Below, one piece after another: positions 9,677-19,286 of a DNA stretch of 47,973 nucleotides. A program made the translations under genes and the position numbers. The notes beneath the pieces were generated by a model. The model was not told the origin of the DNA and did not search any database. It saw only the letters and a program-made list of their open reading frames with translations. Every line of letters begins with the position of its first letter. The stretch's first letter is position 1. This DNA is from Pseudomonadota bacterium (lineage in GTDB: Bacteria; Pseudomonadota; Gammaproteobacteria; Arenicellales; Arenicellaceae): NCBI GenBank assembly GCA_018660405.1, contig JABJKL010000123.1, positions 1-47,973 of the forward strand. The letters are read 5' to 3'.

Positions 9677-9713
9677 CCCGCCCCCATCGCGTTACCTATG
9701 TTAAGCAAACAGG

Positions 9714-10193
9714 CTAAACGAACTTGTCTTTTAGTGCCTGACCAACCTCTTCGGGAACAAAGCTACTAACATCCCCGCCATGGCTGGCGATCTCTTTAAC
9801 CAACGAAGAAGACAAGAAAGAGTTTGTTTCTAACGGGGTAAGAAAGACCGTCTCGACCTCGGGGGCTAAACGCCGATTCGCTGAAGCTAACTGAAACTCA
9901 TACTCAAAATCAGATACTGCTCGCAAACCACGCACTAACACTTGTGCGTCTAACTCCACCGCGAAATCAATAGAAAGAGAATCAAACCCAACAACTTCTA
10001 CCTTTGGAATTTTCGCTGTTGAGTGCTGGATCAATCGCACACGCTCGTCCAACTCAAATAGAGGTGATTTGTTAGCGCTAATCGCGACGGCGACATATAG
10101 CTTGTCGAATATCTGGCAGGCTCGCTCGATCAGGTCAATATGACCGTTTGTTACCGGATCGAATGTTCCTGGATACATCGCTATTTTAGGCAC
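9714..10193 (-). CDS. coaD: Phosphopantetheine adenylyltransferase
   Basis: [19 protein letters not shown] nucleotidyltransferase motif, 159 aa. The GTG start has GGGAGG upstream. Confidence 0.95.
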   Translation of the reverse strand: MPKIAMYPGTFDPVTNGHIDLIERACQIFDKLYVAVAISANKSPLFELDERVRLIQHSTAKIPKVEVVGFDSLSIDFAVELDAQVLVRGLRAVSDFEYEFQLASANRRLAPEVETVFLTPLETNSFLSSSLVKEIASHGGDVSSFVPEEVGQALKDKFV

Positions 10194-10294
10194 CTTTCCT
10201 CCCGAATTGGCTGTTTGGCTTGGGCTTGCTGTTAGGAACTATACAAAGTTGCATTCTGCGCAATAACTCTGAGTTCGACAAGGACAAGCGTATC

Positions 10295-10858
10295 TTATAC
10301 GTCTGTATAATAAAGCTCATATCGAACATCGCCTGCGCGTTTGGATCGAAACTGCTGCCAACCCATAGGGATAAAATCCACTTCCGAGTTCGCTGAAGTT
10401 TCGATGTACACCTGTGCATTCCTGGCAAAACAATTTCCCTGCATCAAGCGTTCTATTACAGGAGCGTATAATTTCGACTGATAAGGAGGATCCAGGAAAA
10501 CCAAATCAAACTGTTTACCCGATAACACTTCATCAGCCATTTGCCCGGCGTCTGCCAGAACAACCTCGGCATCTGCCTGCAAAACCTCACACATTTCGCT
10601 AATTGCCTGACATAGCCTTTTGTTTTGTTCAACAAAAAACACCTTGCTTGCCCCGCGAGACAAGGCCTCCAGGCCCAACACCCCCGTGCCAGCGCATATA
10701 TCCAAAACAACCGCACCAGAGATGGTAGGCATTAGCCAATTAAACAAGGTCTCTCTTACTCGATCCGGCGTTGGTCGCAAGCCTTCTACCTCGCACACCG
10801 GAACTTTGCGACCGCGCCAGGCTCCGCCGACAATACGAACAGACGATTGAACGGACAT
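10295..10858 (-). CDS. rsmD: 16S rRNA (guanine966-N2)-methyltransferase
   Basis: RIVGGAWRGRK, LDICAGTGVLGLEALSRGA and VFLDPPY motifs. Adjacent to coaD as usual. Confidence 0.9.
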   Translation of the reverse strand: MSVQSSVRIVGGAWRGRKVPVCEVEGLRPTPDRVRETLFNWLMPTISGAVVLDICAGTGVLGLEALSRGASKVFFVEQNKRLCQAISEMCEVLQADAEVVLADAGQMADEVLSGKQFDLVFLDPPYQSKLYAPVIERLMQGNCFARNAQVYIETSANSEVDFIPMGWQQFRSKRAGDVRYELYYTDV

Positions 10859-11019
10859 AAAATCGTCAAGGAATCTCTGGTTTATTCTGGACGAAGTAGA
10901 TTGCGATCAAAATGGTCAGCTTTGAGGCGCGAATCTTCGTAATAGCCAGCTATTGCGAAGATTCGCAACAAAGAAGCTGGACATTTTTGGGCGTAATACA
11001 CGATTTCATGAATAAATTA

Positions 11020-11073
11020 GAGGTTCCTTCAGTTAAAGAGGTTCCTTCAGTTAAAGAGGTTCCTTCAGTTAAT
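11020..11073. repeat. Perfect-to-near-perfect tandem repeat, 3 x 18 bp (gaggttccttcagttaaa)
   Basis: Copies at 11020-11037, 11038-11055 and 11056-11073 (the last ends aat). The third copy contains the stop codon of the M16 peptidase gene. Confidence 0.95.
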
Positions 11074-12442
11074 CTGACGTATTGGAACCGCCCAATACCA
11101 CCTGGACAAATTCGTCCGGACGCATGTGCCTTTTAATGACCTCATTAACTCGAGCAAGATCGATAGATTCAACCTGATTCGTATAGGTTTGCAGATAGCC
11201 AACCGGCAGTCCGTAATACCCTATGGCCATTAATAAACTCCCTACCTTGGCATTACTATCAGTACTTAAAGGAAATGAACCAGACAAGTGCTTAACAGCA
11301 TTTAACACCTGCTCCTGGGTTGGTCCATTCAAGGTGTAGTCGGCAAGTACCTGTCTAATTAAAGCCACGGCTTCGTCTCTTTTATCATTACGTGTTTGCA
11401 AACGAACGGTAAACGAGCCTGCGCTAGCCATACGAGAAAAGCCACTGCTCACACCATAAGTCAGACCGCGTTTTTCACGCAGCTCGTCCGATAAAATACT
11501 TACCAAACCACCACCACCCAAAATATAGTTCGCCACGCTCAAGGCGATGTAGTCAGGATGACCTCGTGGTATGCCGTGATGGCCTAACAATATGGTGCTT
11601 TGCTGCGAATCAAATGGAATGAATTGCTCGCTGGCGACGGGAACCTCAGGCGTTTCTATAGAAACCGCGGGCTCACCAACGGGCAAAGATTCCAATAGAC
11701 TTTCCACCCACGACTCGACTTGCGGTCGATTCATATCGCCAACCACGGCGACCACCACATTCGATTGAACAACATATTTTTCGTAGAACGCTTGCAAATC
11801 AGTTCGCTCAATCGCGGCGAGGGTATTTTCATCACCTGAAGCTGGTCGACCGTACGGATGATCGGGAAACAAGGTTGCCGCAAAGGCTTTACCCGCCATC
11901 GCTCCGGGAGATTGTTTTTGGCGCTCGAGGCCTACTAATCGCCGGGCACGTTCGCGATTCAACACTTCAACTGGAAAAGTTGGCTCAGACAAGATACTTG
12001 CGAATAAGGCGCTCGCTTTATCCAGCACCTCCGGCTCGGTAAGCGTTTTTAAACTCGCGACCATTTTGTCTGCATCGCTACCGGCGCCCATCTGCGCGCC
12101 GGTCGACTCAATCGCTTCGGCCAAGGCGTCTTGATTCATACCTACCACGCCCATCGTCAACAGTTGACTCATCAATGAAGACACGCCAAGTTTTGCCGCC
12201 GGGTCATACCCAGACCCGGCTTTAAAACCCATCGAAATCTGCACCATTGGAATCTCGTGCGCTTCCACAAAATACACTGGCACCCCTTGGTCCGTTTCCC
12301 AAACCTGAATTTCGGGCGCAGCGGTGGCAGTTTGCACGACACAAACCGACATAAAAATACCAAGCAGCATGCGTCCTGGCTGAGCTAAATAAGAGTGAAC
12401 TAAATAAGGGCGAACAAAACTCGATAAACGATCAATACTCAT
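11069..12442 (-). CDS. M16 (pitrilysin/insulinase) family peptidase, non-catalytic-type subunit
   Basis: M16 fold-like sequence without an HxxEH motif. Translationally coupled (TAATG overlap) to the HxxEH-containing partner. The start could instead be the internal Met that precedes signal peptide MLLGIFMSVCVVQTATA. Confidence 0.85.
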   Translation of the reverse strand: MSIDRLSSFVRPYLVHSYLAQPGRMLLGIFMSVCVVQTATAAPEIQVWETDQGVPVYFVEAHEIPMVQISMGFKAGSGYDPAAKLGVSSLMSQLLTMGVVGMNQDALAEAIESTGAQMGAGSDADKMVASLKTLTEPEVLDKASALFASILSEPTFPVEVLNRERARRLVGLERQKQSPGAMAGKAFAATLFPDHPYGRPASGDENTLAAIERTDLQAFYEKYVVQSNVVVAVVGDMNRPQVESWVESLLESLPVGEPAVSIETPEVPVASEQFIPFDSQQSTILLGHHGIPRGHPDYIALSVANYILGGGGLVSILSDELREKRGLTYGVSSGFSRMASAGSFTVRLQTRNDKRDEAVALIRQVLADYTLNGPTQEQVLNAVKHLSGSFPLSTDSNAKVGSLLMAIGYYGLPVGYLQTYTNQVESIDLARVNEVIKRHMRPDEFVQVVLGGSNTSD

Positions 12443-13890
12443 TATGAGCCCCCCTCAACACTGGCACTTTCACTGCCAGCCATTAACGGTGACAATTTTA
12501 CGGTGGTCGAATTGTTTTGAACCAAATACTTTTGCGCAACCGCCAACACCTGCTCGGCAGTAACCGTTGATATTTTCTCTAACCACTGCTCTTCCAAATT
12601 CCAATCCAGCCCGATAGTCACCAAACGACCGATTTTCATAGCCTGATAAAACACGGAATCGCGCTCGAATACATCCGCTGCTTTCAGCTGAGCTTTTACC
12701 CTGTCTAATTCCTGCTGGCTAACCAACTCAGTTTTAATCTGCTCTAACTGCTCTTCAAGGGCAATAATCAGCTCCTCGGTAGACACGCCCTGCGACGGCG
12801 AACCTCCAAAACTAATCATGCCATCCAGCCGAGCGGTGGCATCGTATGAGGTCCATATAGATGCGGCCAGTTGCGACTTGCGAACCAGCGTTTTCTCAAA
12901 TCGTGCGCTTTGGCCGCCATCAAGCACATACGCTAGCACTTCGAGCGCATAAGGTTCCCAATCATCAGGCTGCGAAGTGTCAATAACCGGCGCATAGTAG
13001 CCACGTATAAACGAAGGTACACGCGCTGCGCGCTCAACAATTGTATCTCGCCCAGACGCAAATCGAGGCTCTGGTTCGGGGTTGTTCTCTTCAACAATCG
13101 AAGGTTCCAGCGAACCAAACCAATGCTCAGCCAGGGAGAACACCTCATCGGGGTTCACATCACCCACCACGATCAAGGTCGCGTTATTTGGCGCGTAATA
13201 GCGTCGATACCAATCAGCCAGATCGGGAACGGTCATCGAATCCAGATCCCTGCGCCAACCAATAATCGGCTGCCCATATGGACTCGCCTTCCACGCTTCA
13301 AAACCAAATTGCTCTTGTAACCAGGCATTCGGATTATCATCGGTACGCATTCGCCGCTCTTCTTTAACGACTTCTATCTCCTTAACGAACTCCTCTTGGG
13401 CAAGTTGCAGGTTGCGCATTCGGTTCGATTCAATTTCGAAACTCAGTGGTAAGCGGGATTTTTCCCATTGCTGAAAATAGGCCGTGTAGTCTTGGCCGGT
13501 AAACGCATTCTCACTGCCACCATTGGCAGCGATAATTCGCGAAGCTTCGTTCGGTCCATATTTGTCAGTGCCTTTAAACATCATATGTTCTAGCACATGC
13601 GATACACCGGTAATTCCATCAGGTTCATAGCTTGAGCCGACTTTATACCAAACCTGTGATACAACAACCGGGCTACGATGGTCCTCTTTAACAATCACTC
13701 GCAGACCATTAGCCAAGGTCTTTTCGTGCACGCGATTGCTCGCTGGCACCGTACTGCTTTCGTTTATCGTTACGGTTGATTGTTGGATGCTGGTTTGGGC
13801 CGACTCTTGCTCGGCGCAAGCGACCAGAACTAAAGTTACCGCAATACCCAATAATAAATTTAAGGTTTGGTTATATTTATTGTCTATCAA
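12442..13890 (-). CDS. M16 family zinc metallopeptidase (catalytic-type), lipoprotein
   Basis: HVLEHMMFKG inverted zincin motif and lipobox LVAC. Pairs with the downstream M16 gene and is divergent from ftsY, as in Pseudomonas. Confidence 0.9.
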   Translation of the reverse strand: MIDNKYNQTLNLLLGIAVTLVLVACAEQESAQTSIQQSTVTINESSTVPASNRVHEKTLANGLRVIVKEDHRSPVVVSQVWYKVGSSYEPDGITGVSHVLEHMMFKGTDKYGPNEASRIIAANGGSENAFTGQDYTAYFQQWEKSRLPLSFEIESNRMRNLQLAQEEFVKEIEVVKEERRMRTDDNPNAWLQEQFGFEAWKASPYGQPIIGWRRDLDSMTVPDLADWYRRYYAPNNATLIVVGDVNPDEVFSLAEHWFGSLEPSIVEENNPEPEPRFASGRDTIVERAARVPSFIRGYYAPVIDTSQPDDWEPYALEVLAYVLDGGQSARFEKTLVRKSQLAASIWTSYDATARLDGMISFGGSPSQGVSTEELIIALEEQLEQIKTELVSQQELDRVKAQLKAADVFERDSVFYQAMKIGRLVTIGLDWNLEEQWLEKISTVTAEQVLAVAQKYLVQNNSTTVKLSPLMAGSESASVEGGS

Positions 13891-14042
13891 AACTAACTAC
13901 CCTCTCTACTATTCTTATGCTTAAAATCAAGGTACGGGCACACCCGCCATCACGAACCAAAAAATAGCAGAAAACCCTTCACGAAGTTAGAATACGGCCT
14001 ATCCACCCTAAACACCTGACAAGTTACAAACCCGCAATCAAC

Positions 14043-15077
14043 GTGTTCTTCAAACGCAGAAAAAAAACAGCCTCTAACGACTCCAAGGCCGAGACGCAAA
14101 CAAGCGTCGAATCCGATAGCCAACCGGCGAATGCACAAAACAATCGATCTGGCTCAATCGAACAGGGCCTGAGCAAAACCCGGCGAGGGTTTTTCACCAA
14201 ATTAGCCGGGCTTGTAAACGTCAGGCAACTCGACGATGACGCTTTTGATGAACTTGAAGACACTCTCATTTCGAGCGACGCTGGGGTCGACGCATCGCTG
14301 AGAATGATTGAAAATTTGCGTGCTGAAGCACGCACCAAAAAGATAGACTCTACTGAAGAGTTGCTGGAGCTATTGGCGCGCGAAACCATGAAGATTATGA
14401 ACATTGCGGAGCAACCATGGCAAATAAACGCAAAGCCCTACGTGTGTGTCGTTGTGGGCGTCAACGGTGTGGGCAAAACCACGACCACTGCAAAAATTGC
14501 CGCCCACCTGCAAGCCGGGGGCAGCAAAGTGATGTTAGCAGCAGCCGACACATTTCGTGCCGCCGCGGTTGAACAACTACAACAGTGGGGCACCCGACTG
14601 AATATTCCGGTAATCACACAAGGCACAGGCAGTGATGCCGCCGCCGTTGCTCATGATGCGGTAACTGCCGCCAAAGCTCGCGACATTGACGTATTGCTCA
14701 TCGATACCGCCGGTCGACTCCACACACAAAACGAGCTGATGGAACAGCTGAGCAAAATAATGCGCGTATTATCGAAACAGAATGAAAATTACCCTCACGA
14801 AGTGCTGCAAGTGCTGGATGCCGGAACCGGACAAAACGCGCTATCACAAGTCGAGCACTTTCAAAAAGCGACCGCCGTTTCAAGTCTGGCGCTTACTAAA
14901 TTGGATGGCTCGGCAAAAGGTGGAGTGGCTATTGCGCTTACTCAAAAATTTGGCTTGCCGATTCGCTTTATTGGGGTTGGCGAGCAAATAAACGATCTCA
15001 AGCCCTTTACTACCAGAGCCTACGTAGAAGCTTTATTTGGCGTAGAATCTGTTGAAGCAAGCTCCCCTTCAAAGTGA
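14043..15077 (+). CDS. ftsY: Signal recognition particle receptor
   Basis: Acidic N-domain and NG domain with GVNGVGKTTT, DTAGR and TKLDG motifs. GTG start as given by the track. Confidence 0.95.
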   Translation: MFFKRRKKTASNDSKAETQTSVESDSQPANAQNNRSGSIEQGLSKTRRGFFTKLAGLVNVRQLDDDAFDELEDTLISSDAGVDASLRMIENLRAEARTKKIDSTEELLELLARETMKIMNIAEQPWQINAKPYVCVVVGVNGVGKTTTTAKIAAHLQAGGSKVMLAAADTFRAAAVEQLQQWGTRLNIPVITQGTGSDAAAVAHDAVTAAKARDIDVLLIDTAGRLHTQNELMEQLSKIMRVLSKQNENYPHEVLQVLDAGTGQNALSQVEHFQKATAVSSLALTKLDGSAKGGVAIALTQKFGLPIRFIGVGEQINDLKPFTTRAYVEALFGVESVEASSPSK

Positions 15078-15082
15078 TTTAG

Positions 15083-15784
15083 GTGATTCGATTTGTCAAT
15101 GTAGGTAAACGCTATCCCGGTGGGCAGGATGCCCTTCGAAAGGTCGACTTTGAGCTCTCTCAGTCTGATATGGCCCTTTTGATAGGCGTCTCAGGCGCTG
15201 GCAAAAGCACTCTGTTAAAACTGATTAGCGTCATCGAACGTCCTACCTATGGTCAAATAATTATTGACGGCCGTAATCTTCGTACCGTTAAACGACGAGA
15301 TATTGCGCCCATTAGGCGACAAATTGGCATCATTTTTCAGGACCATAAATTACTACACGACCGCACCGTGTTCGATAATGTCGCCCTCTCGCTAGTCGTT
15401 GCGGGAATATCATATCGAGAATCCGCCAAGCGTGTGCGTGCCGCATTAGATAAGGTTGGCTTGTTAAAAAAAGAGAATATGATGCCGATTGCATTATCCG
15501 GCGGCGAACAGCAACGTGTAGGCATCGCTCGCGCAGTGGTAAATCGGCCGGCAATTCTGTTAGCCGACGAACCTACCGGCAACCTCGATGCTGCACTGTC
15601 TGACGAAATTATGGATTTATTCCTCGAGTTCAACAAGGTTGGCACCGCAGTGCTGATCGCCACGCATGATCTTCGGCAGATTGAGCGCTTACAAAAACCA
15701 GTTCTGCAACTGGATCACGGTAAATTAATACGCAATGACCTGGACGGCAGGCTAACCGCGCATCCGAACCATGAACTGGTTTGA
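15083..15784 (+). CDS. ftsE: Cell division ABC transporter ATP-binding protein
   Basis: MIRFVNVGKRY, Walker A GVSGAGKST, signature LSGGEQQR. Lies between ftsY and ftsX. Confidence 0.95.
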   Translation: MIRFVNVGKRYPGGQDALRKVDFELSQSDMALLIGVSGAGKSTLLKLISVIERPTYGQIIIDGRNLRTVKRRDIAPIRRQIGIIFQDHKLLHDRTVFDNVALSLVVAGISYRESAKRVRAALDKVGLLKKENMMPIALSGGEQQRVGIARAVVNRPAILLADEPTGNLDAALSDEIMDLFLEFNKVGTAVLIATHDLRQIERLQKPVLQLDHGKLIRNDLDGRLTAHPNHELV

Positions 15785-16682
15785 GCAAAATAGAAGCGAA
15801 CTCGTCGCTAGCCTGCAGCGCTTGCTTGACAACTCGTTCTCAAGTTTCATGAGCATTGCGGTTGTTGCGATAACCCTGTCGCTACCCACTATTATGCAAG
15901 TGGTTGTCGGAAATGCAGAACGCCTCGGTCAATCATGGGAAGGTCGACCTCAGTTAAGTGTATTCCTGGCCCCGGGGACCACTGAGTCACGCGGTCTGGA
16001 ATTAGTTCTCGAACTACAAGGCAAATTGGAAATTGCACAAGTTGAGTTCATTTCCGCTGATCAGGCAATGCAAGAATTCAAAATGCTCTCTGGGCTCGGT
16101 AGCGCAGTTGAGTTACTACCTAACAACCCGCTACCTCCCTCACTACTGGTTTTACCTGATAGCGAGTTTGTTAGCGCTGAAGCAACCGCTTTATTGCGTA
16201 CACAGCTGCAGGAGATTCCCGAAGCAGAGGATGTCCAGCTCGATCTTGAATGGATTCAACGATTCAACTCGATGCTCAATATCGTACGTCGCGGTGCCCA
16301 GATTGTTAGTTTACTGCTAGCGCTAACCGTTGTTCTTACGGTAAGCAATATGATTCGCCTGGCAATCAGTAATCGTAAAGAAGAAATTGAAATTATAAAA
16401 CTGATTGGTGGCTCTGATGCATTTGTGCGCAGACCCTTTCTCTATCAAGGGTTCCTAACGGGCCTGGCAGGCGCGCTTTTGGCTGCTTTGATCACTTACG
16501 CTGTATTGCTCTGGATGAGTGGCCCGATTGAGCAGCTCACCGATTTATACGGTGCAAACTTTGAGACTCGTGGCTTAAGCATTCACAGCCTGGGCTGGCT
16601 CATTCTGGCAGGCGCTGGACTCGGCCTGTTCGCGTCAGTGCTATCGGTATCTCAGCACCTGAAAAATATCGAACCTCGCTAA
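15771..16682 (+). CDS. ftsX: Cell division ABC transporter permease
   Basis: Four-TM FtsX-type permease with a periplasmic loop. Overlaps the end of ftsE. Confidence 0.92.
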   Translation: MNWFEQNRSELVASLQRLLDNSFSSFMSIAVVAITLSLPTIMQVVVGNAERLGQSWEGRPQLSVFLAPGTTESRGLELVLELQGKLEIAQVEFISADQAMQEFKMLSGLGSAVELLPNNPLPPSLLVLPDSEFVSAEATALLRTQLQEIPEAEDVQLDLEWIQRFNSMLNIVRRGAQIVSLLLALTVVLTVSNMIRLAISNRKEEIEIIKLIGGSDAFVRRPFLYQGFLTGLAGALLAALITYAVLLWMSGPIEQLTDLYGANFETRGLSIHSLGWLILAGAGLGLFASVLSVSQHLKNIEPR

Positions 16683-16714
16683 ATTACTGTTTTTTCATAC
16701 CTATTGCGCAATTA

Positions 16715-16741
16715 TTAGCACTCTGGCATGATGAGTGCTAA
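16715..16741. promoter_or_regulatory. CIRCE operator (HrcA-type inverted repeat) upstream of rpoH
   Basis: ttagcactc-tggcatgat-gagtgctaa is a perfect match to TTAGCACTC-N9-GAGTGCTAA. Arms extend to 11 bp (tattagcactc/gagtgctaata). It ends 38 nt before the rpoH ATG. Confidence 0.85.
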
Positions 16742-16778
16742 TATGCCCTTGTAGTAAAAACGGAGGCACCTAACACCC

Positions 16779-17663
16779 ATGAGCAAGAGCAACATATCAA
16801 CAACGAGCAACGCACCAAAAGCGCCTGCTTCGCCCTCGGCTTTATCTCAGGAACAAAGTCTTTCAAAATTTATTCGAATTGCAAATCTGGCACCTCTTTT
16901 GAGTGCAGAGGAAGAGCGCGCGCTCGCAACAAGCTACCGCCAGGATCAAGACCTTGAAGCAGCCCGGCAATTGGTCGTATCGCATATGCGACATGTTGTT
17001 TCAGTTGCGCGCGGTTTCGCTGGTTACGGCTTGCCGTTGGCCGACCTAATCCAGGAAGGCAATATTGGGCTAATGAAGGCAGTTAAAAACTTCGATCCCG
17101 ACCGTGGTGTGCGCCTGGTCTCATTTGCTGTGCATTGGGTAAAAGCCGAAATCTACGATTATGTTATACGTAATTGGAAGATCGTTAAAGTGGCGACTAC
17201 CAAGGCACAACGGAAACTATTCTTTAACCTTCGTAAGTCACGTAAACAGCTGGCCTGGTTGACCGAACAAGAGACTCAAGACCTCGCAACCAAGCTTGAC
17301 GTACCCGTAAAGACGGTGCGAGAAATGGAATCACGCTTAACCTCTCCCGACGTGGCTTTTGACGCCCCAAATAGCGATAACGATGAACTCGTACCTAGCC
17401 CTTCTGGCTACCTGCCAGACATGCGCTACAACCCGGAAAAACTGCTGCTGGAAACGGATCAAATCTCACATCGAAAAAATGCGCTATCGATGGCAATTGG
17501 TACGCTGGACGACCGCAGCCGTGAGATCGTAACTCGCCGATGGTTGAACGACGACAAAGCGACGTTGCACGAACTGGCAGCCGAATATGGCATCTCCGCT
17601 GAGCGCATCCGTCAGATTGAAAAGCGTGCAATGGAAACGATGAAGGGGAATATGGAGTTATAA
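16779..17663 (+). CDS. rpoH: RNA polymerase sigma-32 heat-shock factor
   Basis: LIQEGNIGLMKAVKNFDP (region 2) and RpoH box QRKLFFNLRK. Follows ftsYEX. GGAGG lies upstream of the ATG. Confidence 0.95.
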   Translation: MSKSNISTTSNAPKAPASPSALSQEQSLSKFIRIANLAPLLSAEEERALATSYRQDQDLEAARQLVVSHMRHVVSVARGFAGYGLPLADLIQEGNIGLMKAVKNFDPDRGVRLVSFAVHWVKAEIYDYVIRNWKIVKVATTKAQRKLFFNLRKSRKQLAWLTEQETQDLATKLDVPVKTVREMESRLTSPDVAFDAPNSDNDELVPSPSGYLPDMRYNPEKLLLETDQISHRKNALSMAIGTLDDRSREIVTRRWLNDDKATLHELAAEYGISAERIRQIEKRAMETMKGNMEL

Positions 17664-17694
17664 AAGAGCTTTTATATAACCGCCCCCAATAAAC

Positions 17695-17724
17695 AGGCCG
17701 TCTAACAAGCGGCCTTTTTTATTT
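17695..17724. terminator. Intrinsic terminator after rpoH
   Basis: aggccg-tctaacaag-cggcct hairpin followed by tttttt atttt. Confidence 0.7.
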
Positions 17725-17749
17725 GAGTACGTCTATTATGGAGTGTTTA

Positions 17750-18070
17750 TTACCGGGCGCGGAATCTGACAATAATTTGTCGTACGCCAACAACCAATAG
17801 TACTCCGATCATATTCGCCACCATGTCCAGGCCTGACAACTGGCGACCCGGCGAATACTGCTGAGCAAACTCCAATACGATGCCATAGGCAACAATAAAG
17901 AGGGCTGTAAAATAGAATGGTTTGCCTTCTCTGAAACTCCACCAGGCTAACGTAGCAAAAACTCCATAAGCGGATACATGAACAGCCTTATCCCAAACGT
18001 CAATCGTCAATTCCAATTCGTCTGCTGGTAATAAAGAAAAATACCCGATCAAAACGGCATACGTCGCCAT
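17750..18070 (-). CDS. VanZ-like membrane protein
   Basis: Small polytopic membrane protein with a VanZ-like pattern (DK.VH...Y....LEF.Q......R.....D...N..G). Start trimmed to the ATG at 18070 (GAAGG upstream) to remove the overlap with the aminotransferase. Confidence 0.65.
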   Translation of the reverse strand: MATYAVLIGYFSLLPADELELTIDVWDKAVHVSAYGVFATLAWWSFREGKPFYFTALFIVAYGIVLEFAQQYSPGRQLSGLDMVANMIGVLLVVGVRQIIVRFRAR

Positions 18071-18084
18071 ACAAACCTTCGCAA

Positions 18085-19275
18085 TCACAAGGCGTCCAGC
18101 CCTCGCTTGATCCGTTGCAAACCCTCTGACAAGGTTGTCGGCGGGCAGGCAAAATTTATTCGCATCCAATCGTCACCCGCCGCACCAAAGATATAGCCGG
18201 GATTCAATGCGACCTTGCCGTGTTCAAGCAGCGTGCGCTCCGCTATTTTAGCCATCACACCATACGACTGGAGATTAAACCAAACCATATACGTGGCTTG
18301 TGTCGACATTAAAATCACACCCGGCAATTGCTGGGCAAAAAACGCTTCCACTTGTTCCAGATTGCTCGCAAGTTGTGTTCGAAGTTCCTTTAGCCACGGC
18401 AGGCCGTACCGGTAGGCGGCTTCTGTGGCAACCAGGCCCATGATATTGGGATCGCTTAACCCGCTCCGGTGTAATTGCGCACGATACTTTCTGCGCAAAC
18501 TGGCACTGGGAATAATAATATCGGAGGTTTGCAATCCCGCTAAGTTAAAACTCTTGCTAGAAGCGGTGCAAACCACGCACTGCTCCAAGATCCGCTTGTC
18601 CGCAAGTGGCAGCGGCAGATGCTTAAACGGCGACCAAACCAAATCACAATGAATCTCATCAGACAAGACAACAACATCGTAGCGAATACATAGCTCAACC
18701 AACGAGATCAGATCTTGCCTGGCCCACACACGACCACCCGGGTTGTGTGGATTGCACAACATGAATAAGCGGGTTTTATCATCCGCTAATTGTTCCTCCA
18801 ATTGATCAAAATCGATTTGATATAAGCCTTCTCCATCGATTTTCAGGGTGTTCAGTAGAAGCTCGCGGCCGTTGTCTCGAACAGAACCAAAAAACGGGTA
18901 ATATACCGGTGGCTGAATCACAACTTTATCGCCCGGTGCAGTAAGCGCTTGAATTAACAAATTCATCGCCGCAACAATTCCCGGGGCGTGGCATATCCAG
19001 GGTTGCTCGATCTGCCAACCGTGTTGACTTTCAAACCAAGCAATAACGGCTTGGCGGTAGCGCTCGAATACGCGGGTATAACCGAATAACGGATGCTCTA
19101 AACGTTTTTTGAGCGCCTCAACCACACACGGTGCGGTCTCAAAATCCATGTCGGCCACCCACATGGGCAGGACGTCGCTAACTCCAAATTTAGCCTTTAG
19201 GTGCTCCGGCTCCCATTTGATTGCACCCGTACCCACCCGATTTGGGAAATCATCAAAATTACCTGCGTCTGACAT
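18085..19275 (-). CDS. PatB/MalY-family PLP-dependent C-S lyase (class I/II aminotransferase fold)
   Basis: 396 aa. WVADMDF N-terminal motif, NPHNPGGRVW, and SSKSFNLAG (PLP-lysine region). Confidence 0.85.
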   Translation of the reverse strand: MSDAGNFDDFPNRVGTGAIKWEPEHLKAKFGVSDVLPMWVADMDFETAPCVVEALKKRLEHPLFGYTRVFERYRQAVIAWFESQHGWQIEQPWICHAPGIVAAMNLLIQALTAPGDKVVIQPPVYYPFFGSVRDNGRELLLNTLKIDGEGLYQIDFDQLEEQLADDKTRLFMLCNPHNPGGRVWARQDLISLVELCIRYDVVVLSDEIHCDLVWSPFKHLPLPLADKRILEQCVVCTASSKSFNLAGLQTSDIIIPSASLRRKYRAQLHRSGLSDPNIMGLVATEAAYRYGLPWLKELRTQLASNLEQVEAFFAQQLPGVILMSTQATYMVWFNLQSYGVMAKIAERTLLEHGKVALNPGYIFGAAGDDWMRINFACPPTTLSEGLQRIKRGLDAL

Positions 19276-19286
19276 GCGCTCTGCAA

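Noticed and set aside
11020-11073. Possible CRISPR array
   Set aside because: The repeats are directly contiguous with no spacers, there are only three copies of 18 bp, and no cas genes are present in the window.
10912-11136. 74-aa ORF encoding the VPSVKE-VPSVKE-VPSVN repeat peptide
   Set aside because: The peptide repeat is just the translation of the 3 x 18 bp DNA repeat. The ORF overlaps the 3' end of the M16 peptidase gene on the opposite strand and has no translation signals.
14024-14404. 126-aa minus-strand ORF antisense to the ftsY 5' region
   Set aside because: Ser-rich low-complexity translation opposite the acidic N-domain of ftsY. This is a shadow ORF.
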